The notes: generated by a model from the sequence alone, not told the origin. A DNA stretch of 64,000 nucleotides from an uncultured Clostridia bacterium (GCA_934203075.1 CAKPYT010000040.1:2583-66582), one strand, 5' to 3'; counted from the first letter of the stretch, positions 47,530 through 55,949 are shown. Program-made: numbers and translations.

Positions 47530-48087
47530 ATGGCGAAAAGAAAAACCAAAAAGTCTCAAAGGGACTTTCTAGTATCCATTGTATTGGCGGTGCTTGCGGT
47601 TTTGGTCATCTGCACTTTGTTTATGCCCGTTTTCTCCTCGAAAGGGGATCTTGGCGGCGTATTGCAAACGAAAGAGGCGAAAACGACGGGAGCAGACGTT
47701 CTTACCGCTTGTTTTCACGAAAAAACTTCCGGCGACTACACGGGCGGCGCAAATACGTTGATTACTTTGAAAACTTCCGACGATTACGGTTTTGTGACTT
47801 CCGTTTTCGTATGGTCGTATTTCCTTTCGATTCTTGCAGCAGCCGTCGTATTGGTGAGCGCAGTTCTTTCGATTTTGGGAATTCGCATTAACCTGTTGGG
47901 ATTGGTCGGCGGTGCGGCTTTGTTGCTGCTGGCATTGGTTGCTTTCATCTTCTCTTTGATCGTAGCGGGAAAATTCGGCTATGCAGGCACGTTCGTTTCC
48001 TATACCACGACGTTGGCCGTCGGCGGGTGGTTCTTACTCGCAGGCGTGCTGTGCGGGGCAGGAGCAGCGTATACGGCAAAGAAATAA
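47530..48087 (+). CDS. Hypothetical membrane protein
   Basis: The start at MAKRKTKK follows GGAGG. It has one N-terminal and three to four C-terminal TM helices. Confidence 0.65.
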   Translation: MAKRKTKKSQRDFLVSIVLAVLAVLVICTLFMPVFSSKGDLGGVLQTKEAKTTGADVLTACFHEKTSGDYTGGANTLITLKTSDDYGFVTSVFVWSYFLSILAAAVVLVSAVLSILGIRINLLGLVGGAALLLLALVAFIFSLIVAGKFGYAGTFVSYTTTLAVGGWFLLAGVLCGAGAAYTAKK

Positions 48088-48106
48088 CCCCAAAAACACA
48101 AAAAAA

Positions 48107-48130
48107 AGCAGGCATCGCCTGCTTTTTTCT
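48107..48130. terminator. Bidirectional terminator
   Basis: AGCAGGC-ATC-GCCTGCT hairpin with an upstream A run and a downstream T run. Confidence 0.75.
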
Positions 48131-48317
48131 TTGGGCTTAAAAGAACGTAAAATGCGTTTTTCCTCCTTTTGGGGAATCGATATTTTAGCAAACAGTCGAA
48201 ACCGAGAGGATAAGGTTTGTTTTAACGTTTTTCCGAAAGAGCGCCGATTCGGCGCAAATTGCTTTTCTGCGGTTCGCGGATTCGGAAAATCCGCCTGCGG
48301 ATGGTTTCTCTTATGGC

Positions 48318-50369
48318 TCAGCGGAAGTTTCCGTTCATCCAGGCGAGGACTTTTTCAAAATCCCAACTGTGCACCACTTCCGCATCCGGGCGCACGTTTT
48401 CCGCTTCGTTTGCCACAACAACGTCTGCCCGGCTCGGGTCGGAAACGACTTCGGTTGCAAGCATTTCCGCAAGCGTACCGACGTTGAGGGTTTCCGTCAG
48501 GTGCAGATACTTTTCCAGGAAGGAATAATCGGTTCCCCCCGCAATGTATTGCTGCCCCGCAAGGGAAAGGTTCAGCCATACGAATTCGTCGGTGGAAAGG
48601 TCCAGGCCGAAAAGGCAGGCATGTGTGCTGTTGCAATCTATCCGGAAGGAGGTCTTTACCGTTTTCGGTTCGAAAATTTCACCGGAGTCCTTCCGGTCGC
48701 GCAACATAAATCCGGCGGTACAGGTGCAGTCGGAAAAGGGCACTTGCGAATACACGTTGTCAAAGAAAAGCAGATACTGCACGTGCGGATATTCTCTTTT
48801 AAAAGCACTCGGCGTCAGGTCGTAAAATTCGGAGCCGCCGCGCATCCCGCTGGTCTGATCTCCGGAAAAGCAAATTCCTTTGCTTTGTCGGTCTGACATG
48901 GTTCTCCACGAAAATTCTTCGCTGGTTTGCCACAAGCGGCTGATGCCCAGCGCGGAAAGGTCAATGTCGTTTACCCCTTCCCAATAGGTGAAGGCGCGTA
49001 TTTTTTTATCGGCAGGGATGGAAAACCGCGAGCCTTTCGGCAGCGTACCATAGCCCCCCTTGGAAGTCCCTTCCTGCAAAGGTAAAGCAATGCGGTACAT
49101 CTCCGGCGCAATGTATACTTTGCCCAGTTTGTTTTTCAGCAGGGCGCGCAGTTTGCTCAAAAGGGTTTCCCGTACGTGAATCCGGACGTTTTGCGGCAGG
49201 GCGCTTTTGCGCCGTTCCGCTTCTTCCACGGTTTCACTGTGGCGGAACAGCATCTGGTGTCTTTCAAAAATAAAATTACGCAGCCGGTCGGACGGAACGT
49301 CATAGGAAACGATCATTTGAATCAGCACCGGGATGTTGTCCGTTTCTATTTTGCTCAGGATGGAATCGATTTCTTCTTCGGTTTTGGCTCTGCTTAAAAG
49401 ATAGTTCAGGTTGCGCAGTACGGCGCCGGAACCTTTTTGCGTTTGCAAAACCTTCAAAGCGTCGGCAGGGTTTCCCTCGGCCATTTTCCGCTCGAACGCC
49501 GAATAGGCAGAACGATTTTTCCCGTTGCGAATGGCAGAAACAAAACTCTGCGCCTTCTCCGTTTTCGGGCGATAGTGAATGTGATGCAAAAAGCCTTGCC
49601 ACAACGCTTGTTTTTCAAAGCAATCAACGGTATTCACGTTGCCGCGTTCGAAGATGCTATCCAACAGGGCGGAAAGAAACTTACGGTCGGCATTGCGCAG
49701 ATTCAACTTGCGTACGTTGTTGCTGCCGTAATAAAAATAATTCAAAAAATCGACCGTTTTCATCACGTCCGAAAGGGAAAGAAAATGGGAGAAAGAAAAG
49801 TCCCGCGTTTCCAGCAACAGGCGGATGGCGGTATCTTTACAGGCACAATGCCTTACGGGCGGGTTGACGGAAAGGATATAGTTTTTTAAAAATTCGAATC
49901 GATCCGGGGAAAGGGGACGAGTGGAAGAAAGCAGGTCTTCCGCCAGATCCGCCAAAACCTTTTCGGCCTCTTTTTCCGAAATCATGCGGAACGTTTGCGG
50001 TTTTACTTTTTCGCTCATTGCGGAACGCTTGATTTCTTCTTCGAACAGAGAGCGTCCCGGTTGGTCAAAATCTCCGTGGCCGTAGGTTTTTGCGTAGTGC
50101 AGCATCTGATCCAGATACAGCGTAAATCCGGAGAGGGCTTGTACGCTTTCCGGAAAGTTCACGTAAAAAGCCTCCGGGACGAATCTCCCCAATTTTTCGG
50201 ATGCCAGGCGGATTTCGTCCAGATGAAGGTCTTCCCAACCGCTTTCCACCCAAATGCCGAGTTTTTGCGCCAGTGCATAACGAATTTCCGTTGCATCGTT
50301 GCTCGGCTGCAGATAGTCGTTGACAAACAAGTGCTTGTCAAAGAGTGTTTTTTTGAAAAACAGGTCCAT
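48318..50369 (-). CDS. Uncharacterised 683-aa protein: ~470-aa all-helical N-terminal region fused to a C-terminal TerD-like beta-sandwich domain
   Basis: The C-terminus (FTYWEGVNDIDLSA...ICFSGDQTSGMRGGSEFYDL...YLLFFDNVYS...AGFMLRD...CLFGLDLSTDEFVWL) parallels TerD/YceD motif order (GWD..DLDASA, HSGDNxTG, VTIYDA, FGELY). SD GGAGGG precedes the ATG. Confidence 0.8.
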   Translation of the reverse strand: MDLFFKKTLFDKHLFVNDYLQPSNDATEIRYALAQKLGIWVESGWEDLHLDEIRLASEKLGRFVPEAFYVNFPESVQALSGFTLYLDQMLHYAKTYGHGDFDQPGRSLFEEEIKRSAMSEKVKPQTFRMISEKEAEKVLADLAEDLLSSTRPLSPDRFEFLKNYILSVNPPVRHCACKDTAIRLLLETRDFSFSHFLSLSDVMKTVDFLNYFYYGSNNVRKLNLRNADRKFLSALLDSIFERGNVNTVDCFEKQALWQGFLHHIHYRPKTEKAQSFVSAIRNGKNRSAYSAFERKMAEGNPADALKVLQTQKGSGAVLRNLNYLLSRAKTEEEIDSILSKIETDNIPVLIQMIVSYDVPSDRLRNFIFERHQMLFRHSETVEEAERRKSALPQNVRIHVRETLLSKLRALLKNKLGKVYIAPEMYRIALPLQEGTSKGGYGTLPKGSRFSIPADKKIRAFTYWEGVNDIDLSALGISRLWQTSEEFSWRTMSDRQSKGICFSGDQTSGMRGGSEFYDLTPSAFKREYPHVQYLLFFDNVYSQVPFSDCTCTAGFMLRDRKDSGEIFEPKTVKTSFRIDCNSTHACLFGLDLSTDEFVWLNLSLAGQQYIAGGTDYSFLEKYLHLTETLNVGTLAEMLATEVVSDPSRADVVVANEAENVRPDAEVVHSWDFEKVLAWMNGNFR

Positions 50370-50451
50370 TACAATCCCTCCAAAAAAAGAAAAAAGGCAG
50401 ATGAAATCGTCAATTCATTTAAGTCCCGGTCCTCTATCCCTTGAGGTATCG

Positions 50452-50539
50452 CGACGGGTTGCCCCGCGTGAGCAGGAGTCGAACCTGCATTCCCGGGTTC
50501 TGCTTACCGGAATAGACTTGACTAGCTATCTGCACGTCG
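50452..50539 (-). ncRNA. Non-canonical tRNA-like element in the leader of the TerD-fusion gene
   Basis: On the minus strand: CGACGUG, D-arm AUAG/CUAU, arm CCGG-N10-CCGG, and T-arm GCAGG-UUCGACU-CCUGC. The 3' strand CACG[CGGG-GCAA-CCCG]UCG is complementary to all 7 acceptor nt. There is no CCA and no U33. Confidence 0.5.
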
Positions 50540-50638
50540 AAAATGCGGCACTTTTGTAATTTTCGGTTACGAACTGAGAAATAAGCACCGCTAGCGTTTT
50601 TTCTTCCTCCGCAATGCAGAGCATTGCTTTGGAAAAAT

Positions 50639-50667
50639 ATTATACCACATCTTTTGCCGCAATACAA
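50639..50667 (-). promoter_or_regulatory. Promoter driving the tRNA-like leader and TerD-fusion gene
   Basis: On the minus strand, TTGTAT, a 17-nt spacer, then TGgTATAAT (extended -10). Confidence 0.65.
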
Positions 50668-50967
50668 GAGCGTAAGGGATTTTGCGGGTATTTTTGCCCA
50701 CGAAAACGATATCTTTTTGCCTCTTTTCCGGGGAAGTTCTTTTCGAACCTCGTTTCCCGTGGTATAATAAAACAAACGGGGAAAGCGTAAACGTTTTTCG
50801 ACCGGCGCGGGCGCGTCGGGGCAGAAATGAAAATACAGGGCCCCGCGGCCGGGGGAAGCCTCGCGGGAGAGGGAACACGGCAACGAGGGCTTTCGGAATC
50901 GACGGGTTCTTTTGGAAAGAGAAAAACGCCGAAACGGTTTTTACGGAACGAAACGAAGGAAAGAAAA

Positions 50968-52221
50968 ATGAAAAACGCATTGATTTGCAGGTTGTATCAG
51001 AAGATAATGTACGTTGCGGAATTTTTGATTCCATGGCGGCAGCCCCGGTTGCTGACGGGCGAGGGAGCGTTGCTGAAATTGCCGATGGTCATTGCGCAAA
51101 GCGGCGTGCACAGCGTGCTGATCGTGACGGATCGCGGGCTGATGGATTTGGGGCTGGTTTCGCCCTTGCTCGATGCGCTGCAGCGGGAAGGGATTGCCTA
51201 TTGCGTGTACGATAAAGTCGTGCCGAATCCAACCGTGACGAACGTGGAAGAAGCGACGAAATTGTTTTATGAGGGAAAGTGCGCCGCAATCGTAGCGTTC
51301 GGCGGCGGCTCTCCGATGGATTGCGCCAAAGGCGTAGGGGCCCGCATTGCCCGCCCCAAAAAGTCGATTCAAAAAATGCGCGGCGTGCTGAAAATCCGCA
51401 AAAAAATTCCGACGTTGTACGCGGTGCCGACAACCAGCGGCACGGGAAGCGAAACGACGCTTGCCGCCGTAGTGACGGATGCGGAAAAGAATTTTAAATT
51501 TGCGGTGAACGATCCCGTGCTGATCCCTTCCGTCGCCGTGTTGGATCCGATGCTGACGGTCGGCTTGCCGCCGTCGATTACCGCTGCCACGGGGATGGAT
51601 GCTCTTTGCCACGCGGTGGAAGCGTATATCGGCAGGTCAAACACACGCTCCACCAAACGGAATGCGGAAGAAGCCGTGCGATTGATTGCGCAAAACCTGG
51701 TGGAAACGTACCGAAACGGAAAAAACGTTCCGGCGCGCGCCGCCATGCAGAAAGCATCGTACCTGGCAGGGCTGGCCTTTACGCGCGCTTACGTGGGGTA
51801 CGTGCACGCCATCGCCCACAGTCTTGGCGGAAAGTACGGCATTGCGCACGGGTTGGCGAATGCGGTTCTATTGCCGCACGTATTAAAGGCTTACGGTAAA
51901 AGTGCCGAAAAGAAGTTGGCAAAACTGGCAGATGTGGCGGGCGTCGGCACGGCAGAGGCAAATCAAAAGCAAAAAGCACGGGATTTTATTGCGTGGCTGA
52001 CGCGTCTGAACGAAGAAATGCACCTGCCGGCTGCGTTTGAACAGATTCGGGAAGAGGATCTGGAAGAGTTGTCCGCGCATGCCGAACGGGAGGCAAATCC
52101 GCTGTATCCGGTGCCGAAAGAGATGGGCAAGGAGGATTTAAAAAAGATCTATCGAGCGGTGATGTGCCCTGCGCGGGAAACCGCGAAAGCGGTTGGAGGC
52201 CAGAACGAAGAACTTCTGTGA
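50968..52221 (+). CDS. Iron-containing (group III) alcohol dehydrogenase
   Basis: GGGSPMDCAKG and His-rich metal site HAIAHSLGGKYGIAHG. The start at MKNALICR follows GAAGGAAAG. Confidence 0.9.
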   Translation: MKNALICRLYQKIMYVAEFLIPWRQPRLLTGEGALLKLPMVIAQSGVHSVLIVTDRGLMDLGLVSPLLDALQREGIAYCVYDKVVPNPTVTNVEEATKLFYEGKCAAIVAFGGGSPMDCAKGVGARIARPKKSIQKMRGVLKIRKKIPTLYAVPTTSGTGSETTLAAVVTDAEKNFKFAVNDPVLIPSVAVLDPMLTVGLPPSITAATGMDALCHAVEAYIGRSNTRSTKRNAEEAVRLIAQNLVETYRNGKNVPARAAMQKASYLAGLAFTRAYVGYVHAIAHSLGGKYGIAHGLANAVLLPHVLKAYGKSAEKKLAKLADVAGVGTAEANQKQKARDFIAWLTRLNEEMHLPAAFEQIREEDLEELSAHAEREANPLYPVPKEMGKEDLKKIYRAVMCPARETAKAVGGQNEELL

Positions 52222-52355
52222 AGCGAAAGAAAAAGGGGGAAAGATTCTCCCTGTAGTTGACGGGCTCGTTCGTTTTTGCTACAATAGTTCGGATGTAGCA
52301 GGTGCCTCTATTTTGCGACGAGAGCGCAAGGAACGCTTGCACACGAAGGAGAACA

Positions 52356-52991
52356 ATGGAAACTGAAAACGTTATGATTTTCAATCATCCGCTGATTAAC
52401 CACAAAATTGCTATTTTGCGCGACAAAGAAACCAGCATGAAAGAATTTCGCGAGATCGTGGAAGAAATCGCATCCATCATGGCTTACGAAGCGTTTCGCG
52501 ACGCACCGACCAAACAGGTGGAAGTGGAAACTCCTCTGGAAAAAACGACCCAAACCGTGCTGCAGGAGGATAAAATCGTCATCGTGCCGATTTTACGTGC
52601 AGGCCTCGGGATGGTGAACGGAATTCACACCGTGCTGCCGAACGCGCGCGTCGGGCACATCGGAATGTATCGGGACGAAGAAACGATGCAGCCCAAAGAG
52701 TATTATGCAAAATTTCCGGATCACATCGAGGATAAAATCGTCGTTTTGCTGGATCCCATGCTGGCCACGGGCGGCAGCGCCTGTGCGGCAATTCAGGCAC
52801 TGAAAGACCGCGGTGTCAAACACATTAAACTGATGAGCATCATCGGCGCGCCGGAAGGCATCAAAAAGGTGCACGAAACGCATCCGGATGCACAGGTCTA
52901 CGTCGCAACGCTGGACCGCGGGCTGAACAGCCATTGTTACATCGTGCCGGGCCTGGGAGATGCGGGGGACCGTATTTTCGGAACGAAATAA
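52356..52991 (+). CDS. upp: Uracil phosphoribosyltransferase
   Basis: HPLINHKIAILRD and the PRPP motif VLLDPMLATGGSA. RBS AAGGAG precedes the start. Confidence 0.95.
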   Translation: METENVMIFNHPLINHKIAILRDKETSMKEFREIVEEIASIMAYEAFRDAPTKQVEVETPLEKTTQTVLQEDKIVIVPILRAGLGMVNGIHTVLPNARVGHIGMYRDEETMQPKEYYAKFPDHIEDKIVVLLDPMLATGGSACAAIQALKDRGVKHIKLMSIIGAPEGIKKVHETHPDAQVYVATLDRGLNSHCYIVPGLGDAGDRIFGTK

Positions 52992-53023
52992 CTTACGATA
53001 AGAAAATATGCAACGAAAGAAAA

Positions 53024-53056
53024 ACACCGGACGGATGGATCCCCCGGTGTTTTTTG
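53024..53056 (+). terminator. Terminator after upp
   Basis: Stem ACACCGG/CCGGTGT followed by TTTTTG. Confidence 0.65.
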
Positions 53057-53383
53057 TTACCAAAGAGGCAGGAGGGGAGGGGCGTTTTCCTTGTTGCCGG
53101 GTGCCGGCAAACCGATCCGTCGGAGGGGCGGCGGCTCGCATCGGGGGAACGGATTGGATAAGTTCGGTATCGCACGAGGGTTCGGAGGGGATCGGTCGTG
53201 CAATTTTTCGGGAGGAGTAATCGTTTCGGAAAGCGCAATTTGTTTCGGGAAGCCTTTCCGTTCCGTGTCCCGTTCTCCGTTGTCTTTTATAAAAATGTAT
53301 CGAAGTTGGATTGTTTCAAACTTTCGATACAAGAGTAAAATTTTATAACTATCGGAAAACTTCCGGAAAACCGGAACTTTTAG

Positions 53384-53412
53384 TTGACAGGGGAAGGGAA
53401 GGAGCGTATACT
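53384..53412 (+). promoter_or_regulatory. Promoter of the nucleobase permease gene
   Basis: TTGACA, a 17-nt spacer, then TATACT. Confidence 0.7.
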
Positions 53413-53431
53413 ATACTTGAAGTTTTAAGCA

Positions 53432-53511
53432 GGTGCAGAGACGCCGGCAAAGTTCTTACCGTTGCAATAAATTTGTAATTGTTGGTCTTGCCGCGCGGCA
53501 AGACTTTTTTT
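53432..53511 (+). promoter_or_regulatory. Transcription attenuator (PyrR-type candidate): binding hairpin, antiterminator and terminator
   Basis: GGUG-CAGAGA-CGCC resembles the PyrR loop (UCCAGAGAGG). CGGCAAAG can pair with the left arm of terminator GTCTTGCCG/CGGCAAGAC, which is followed by TTTTTTT. Confidence 0.5.
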
Positions 53512-53559
53512 GTGCCGCTTGAAACGACGTAATAAACTTATACAAGGAGATGTAAGATT

Positions 53560-54954
53560 ATGGAACTGGTTTACAAAGTAAACGACAAGCCGTCTTTCGG
53601 CAAAGTGATCGTATTCGCATTGCAACAGTTGCTGGCCATTCTGGCGGCAACCATCGCAGTGCCGGCGGCCATCAACGGCGGGAAAGTGCTCCCGGCCGAT
53701 TTCGTACCGATGTCTCAATCGGCGGCGCTGTTCGGCGCGGGCGTGGGCACCATCGTGTACCTGCTCTTTACCAAATTCCGCAGCCCGGTATTTTTAGGGT
53801 CCTCTTTTGCCTTCCTCGGCAGTATGGCGGCGGCTTTTGCCGGTGCGGCAACAAGTTCGCTCGGGTACCTCGGGTTGATCATCGGTGCGGCTTTTGCCGG
53901 CATCGTGTATGTGATCATCGCACTCGTGGTGAAGTTTGCGGGCACCGGCTGGGTGGATAAACTGATGCCCCCGGTGGTCATCGGCCCCACCGTTGCAATC
54001 ATCGGTTTGTCTCTGGCGGGCAATGCGGTCGGCGATCTGATGAAAGGAAACGTTTTCCATGTCGTGAGCGGCGAAACGGTGATGAATTGCTCTCCCTACG
54101 TTGCGCTCGTCTGCGGGCTGGTAACGTTGGCCGTCACGATTATCTGCTCGGTATACGGCAAAAAAATGACGAAAATGATTCCGTTCATTCTCGGGATCGT
54201 GGCAGGCTACGTGGTCGCGACGATCTTCACCCTTATCGGGAACGCTGCGGATCTTCCCGCATTGCAAATCATCGACTTCAGCAAATTCGCCAATATGGAA
54301 TGGATCCCGAATTTCTCCTTCCTGCAGGCGTTCAAGGGCGACTTCGGCGGCGCAAACATCGGGTCCTACGTCATCACGATTGCGGTTGCCTACGTGCCTG
54401 TGGCATTCGTGGTCTTTGCGGAACATATTGCGGACCATAAAAACCTGTCCTCCATCATCGGGACCGACCTGACGAAGGATCCGGGTCTCTGCCGCACGCT
54501 TCTTGGCGACGGCGTCGGCTCCATTGTCGGTGCGGTGTTCGGCGGTTGCCCCAATACCACCTACGGCGAATCGGTCGGCTGTGTGGCAATCAGCGGAAAC
54601 GCCTCGGTTGTGACGATTCTTGCAACGGCGGTTCTGGCAATCCTGGCTTCCTTTGTAGGTCCTTTCGTAACCTTCCTGGCAACCATCCCCAGCTGCGTCA
54701 TGGGCGGCGTATGCATGGCATTGTACGGGTTCATTGCGGTGTCCGGTCTCAAAATGCTGCAACCCGTAGATCTGAACGACAACCGCAACCTGTTCGTAGC
54801 GTCCGTCATTCTGATTACCGGCATCGGCGGAATGAAGCTGGTTTTCGGTAGCGTAACCATCACTTCCGTAGCCTGCGCGCTGATCCTCGGAATCCTCACG
54901 AACCTTCTGGTAAACTGCAAAAAGAAGGAGAAAAAGGAAAGCGAACAAGCGTAA
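53560..54954 (+). CDS. NCS2 family nucleobase:cation symporter (uracil/xanthine permease)
   Basis: Polytopic NCS2-like protein with the N-terminus DKPSFGKVIVFALQQLLAI. It lies next to upp. Confidence 0.88.
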   Translation: MELVYKVNDKPSFGKVIVFALQQLLAILAATIAVPAAINGGKVLPADFVPMSQSAALFGAGVGTIVYLLFTKFRSPVFLGSSFAFLGSMAAAFAGAATSSLGYLGLIIGAAFAGIVYVIIALVVKFAGTGWVDKLMPPVVIGPTVAIIGLSLAGNAVGDLMKGNVFHVVSGETVMNCSPYVALVCGLVTLAVTIICSVYGKKMTKMIPFILGIVAGYVVATIFTLIGNAADLPALQIIDFSKFANMEWIPNFSFLQAFKGDFGGANIGSYVITIAVAYVPVAFVVFAEHIADHKNLSSIIGTDLTKDPGLCRTLLGDGVGSIVGAVFGGCPNTTYGESVGCVAISGNASVVTILATAVLAILASFVGPFVTFLATIPSCVMGGVCMALYGFIAVSGLKMLQPVDLNDNRNLFVASVILITGIGGMKLVFGSVTITSVACALILGILTNLLVNCKKKEKKESEQA

Positions 54955-55295
54955 TTCCGAACAGATTAAAATCAAAACCGTCGAATCCCGTTTCGGCGGT
55001 TTTTGTTTTGCACAGCGCTTGCCCTCCTGTGGCGCCGGGCAGAACGGCGTTTCCCCAAAGCGTATCGGGCCCGTTCCCAAACAGTTTTGTGTGCATGGGA
55101 AACGGCAGCCAGAAGTCCTGTTTCGTGCAGGCGGGCAGCGGGGCGGCCTAAAATTTTGCCGCAGCGGAAAACCCGCAAAGCAAAAAGAAGTGCGTCTTGA
55201 CAAACCGACTTTTCAAAGAGTATAATAAAAATAGTTAAAACGTTTGCGAAAAGCAGACGACAGCGCGTCGTTTCGGCGCATCACGGAGGCATCAC

Positions 55296-55949
55296 ATGAA
55301 AACGGTAATCACGATTGGCAGACAATACGGCAGTGGCGGAAGAATGATCGGCAAAATGTTGGCGGAATCGCTCGGCATTCCTTTTTACGATAAAGAGCTC
55401 ATCACTTTTGCGGCGGAACACAGCGGCTTGCACGAAGACGTGTTGAAAAAGGTGGATGAAGTGCCGTCCAATAATTTCTTATACCGATTCACCGGCGGAT
55501 ACGTCGGCAGGGTGGCCGGCAACGTGGAGCAGCCCCTGAACGATAAAGTTTTTGTCTCCATGACGAAAGCCATTCGGGAGTTGGCCTCAGAATCGTGCGT
55601 CATCGTAGGGCGCTGCGGCAACTACGTTCTGCGGGATAACCCAAATGCGTTGAACGTGTTTATTTACGGCGATCAGGCGGATCGTATCGCAAAAGTATGT
55701 CGGACCGAACACGTTTCGGAAGCAAAGTCAAAGGAATTGATACGAAAAACGGATCGGGCGCGTGCTTCTTATTGCCGCTTGTATACCGACCGGAAATGGG
55801 GAGAAAGAGAAAGTTACGACGTGCTGATGAACAGCAGTGTGTTGGGCTACGAGGGCACGGCGGCCGCTCTGAAAAAGATCGTGGAAGAAAAAGAGCAGAA
55901 GATACCGGAAAACGAAAGCAAAACGAGCGATGCCGGCGAACAGCAATAG
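55296..55949 (+). CDS. Cytidylate kinase-like family protein
   Basis: TIGRQYGSGG P-loop variant typical of this family, 217 aa. Confidence 0.8.
   Translation: MKTVITIGRQYGSGGRMIGKMLAESLGIPFYDKELITFAAEHSGLHEDVLKKVDEVPSNNFLYRFTGGYVGRVAGNVEQPLNDKVFVSMTKAIRELASESCVIVGRCGNYVLRDNPNALNVFIYGDQADRIAKVCRTEHVSEAKSKELIRKTDRARASYCRLYTDRKWGERESYDVLMNSSVLGYEGTAAALKKIVEEKEQKIPENESKTSDAGEQQ

Noticed and set aside
50427-50532. On the plus strand, GGUCC (50428-50432) and CUUGACUAGC (50516-50525) resemble the Ro60-binding helix of metazoan Y RNAs (UGGUCCGA / CUUGACUAGU). The flanks UCUAU/AUAGA can pair, hinting at a Y RNA or YrlA-like RNA.
   Set aside because: The canonical T-loop (UUCGACU) reads correctly only on the minus strand, so the Y-like sequence identity sits on the wrong strand for a YrlA-type tRNA mimic. 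The helix is short (4+5 bp), and a 9-mer match is not improbable in 128 kb of two-strand sequence. The adjacent protein has a TerD-like rather than a vWA C-terminus. This is kept only as an analogy to test with covariance models.
50452-50539. An ordinary tRNA gene, or the 3'-half tRNA remnant of an integration site.
   Set aside because: No standard cloverleaf fits. The anticodon-arm loop is 10 nt, or 7 nt with A at position 33 and a bulged stem. The acceptor 3' strand carries a 12-nt insertion, and there is no CCA or discriminator context. It is not a simple 3' half either, because a matching 5' acceptor strand and a D-arm are present. No integrase or repeat lies nearby.
53794-55203. Long antisense ORFs opposite well-supported genes. 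Examples are 53794-55203, 4740-5750, 12695-13858, 19961-20866, 21986-23035, 23019-24059, 23992-25245, 26840-28027, 37880-38863 and 60186-60908.
   Set aside because: Each lies opposite a gene with unmistakable family-level similarity. Their translations are R/G/H/Q-rich without recognisable motifs, hydrophobic cores or ribosome-binding sites.
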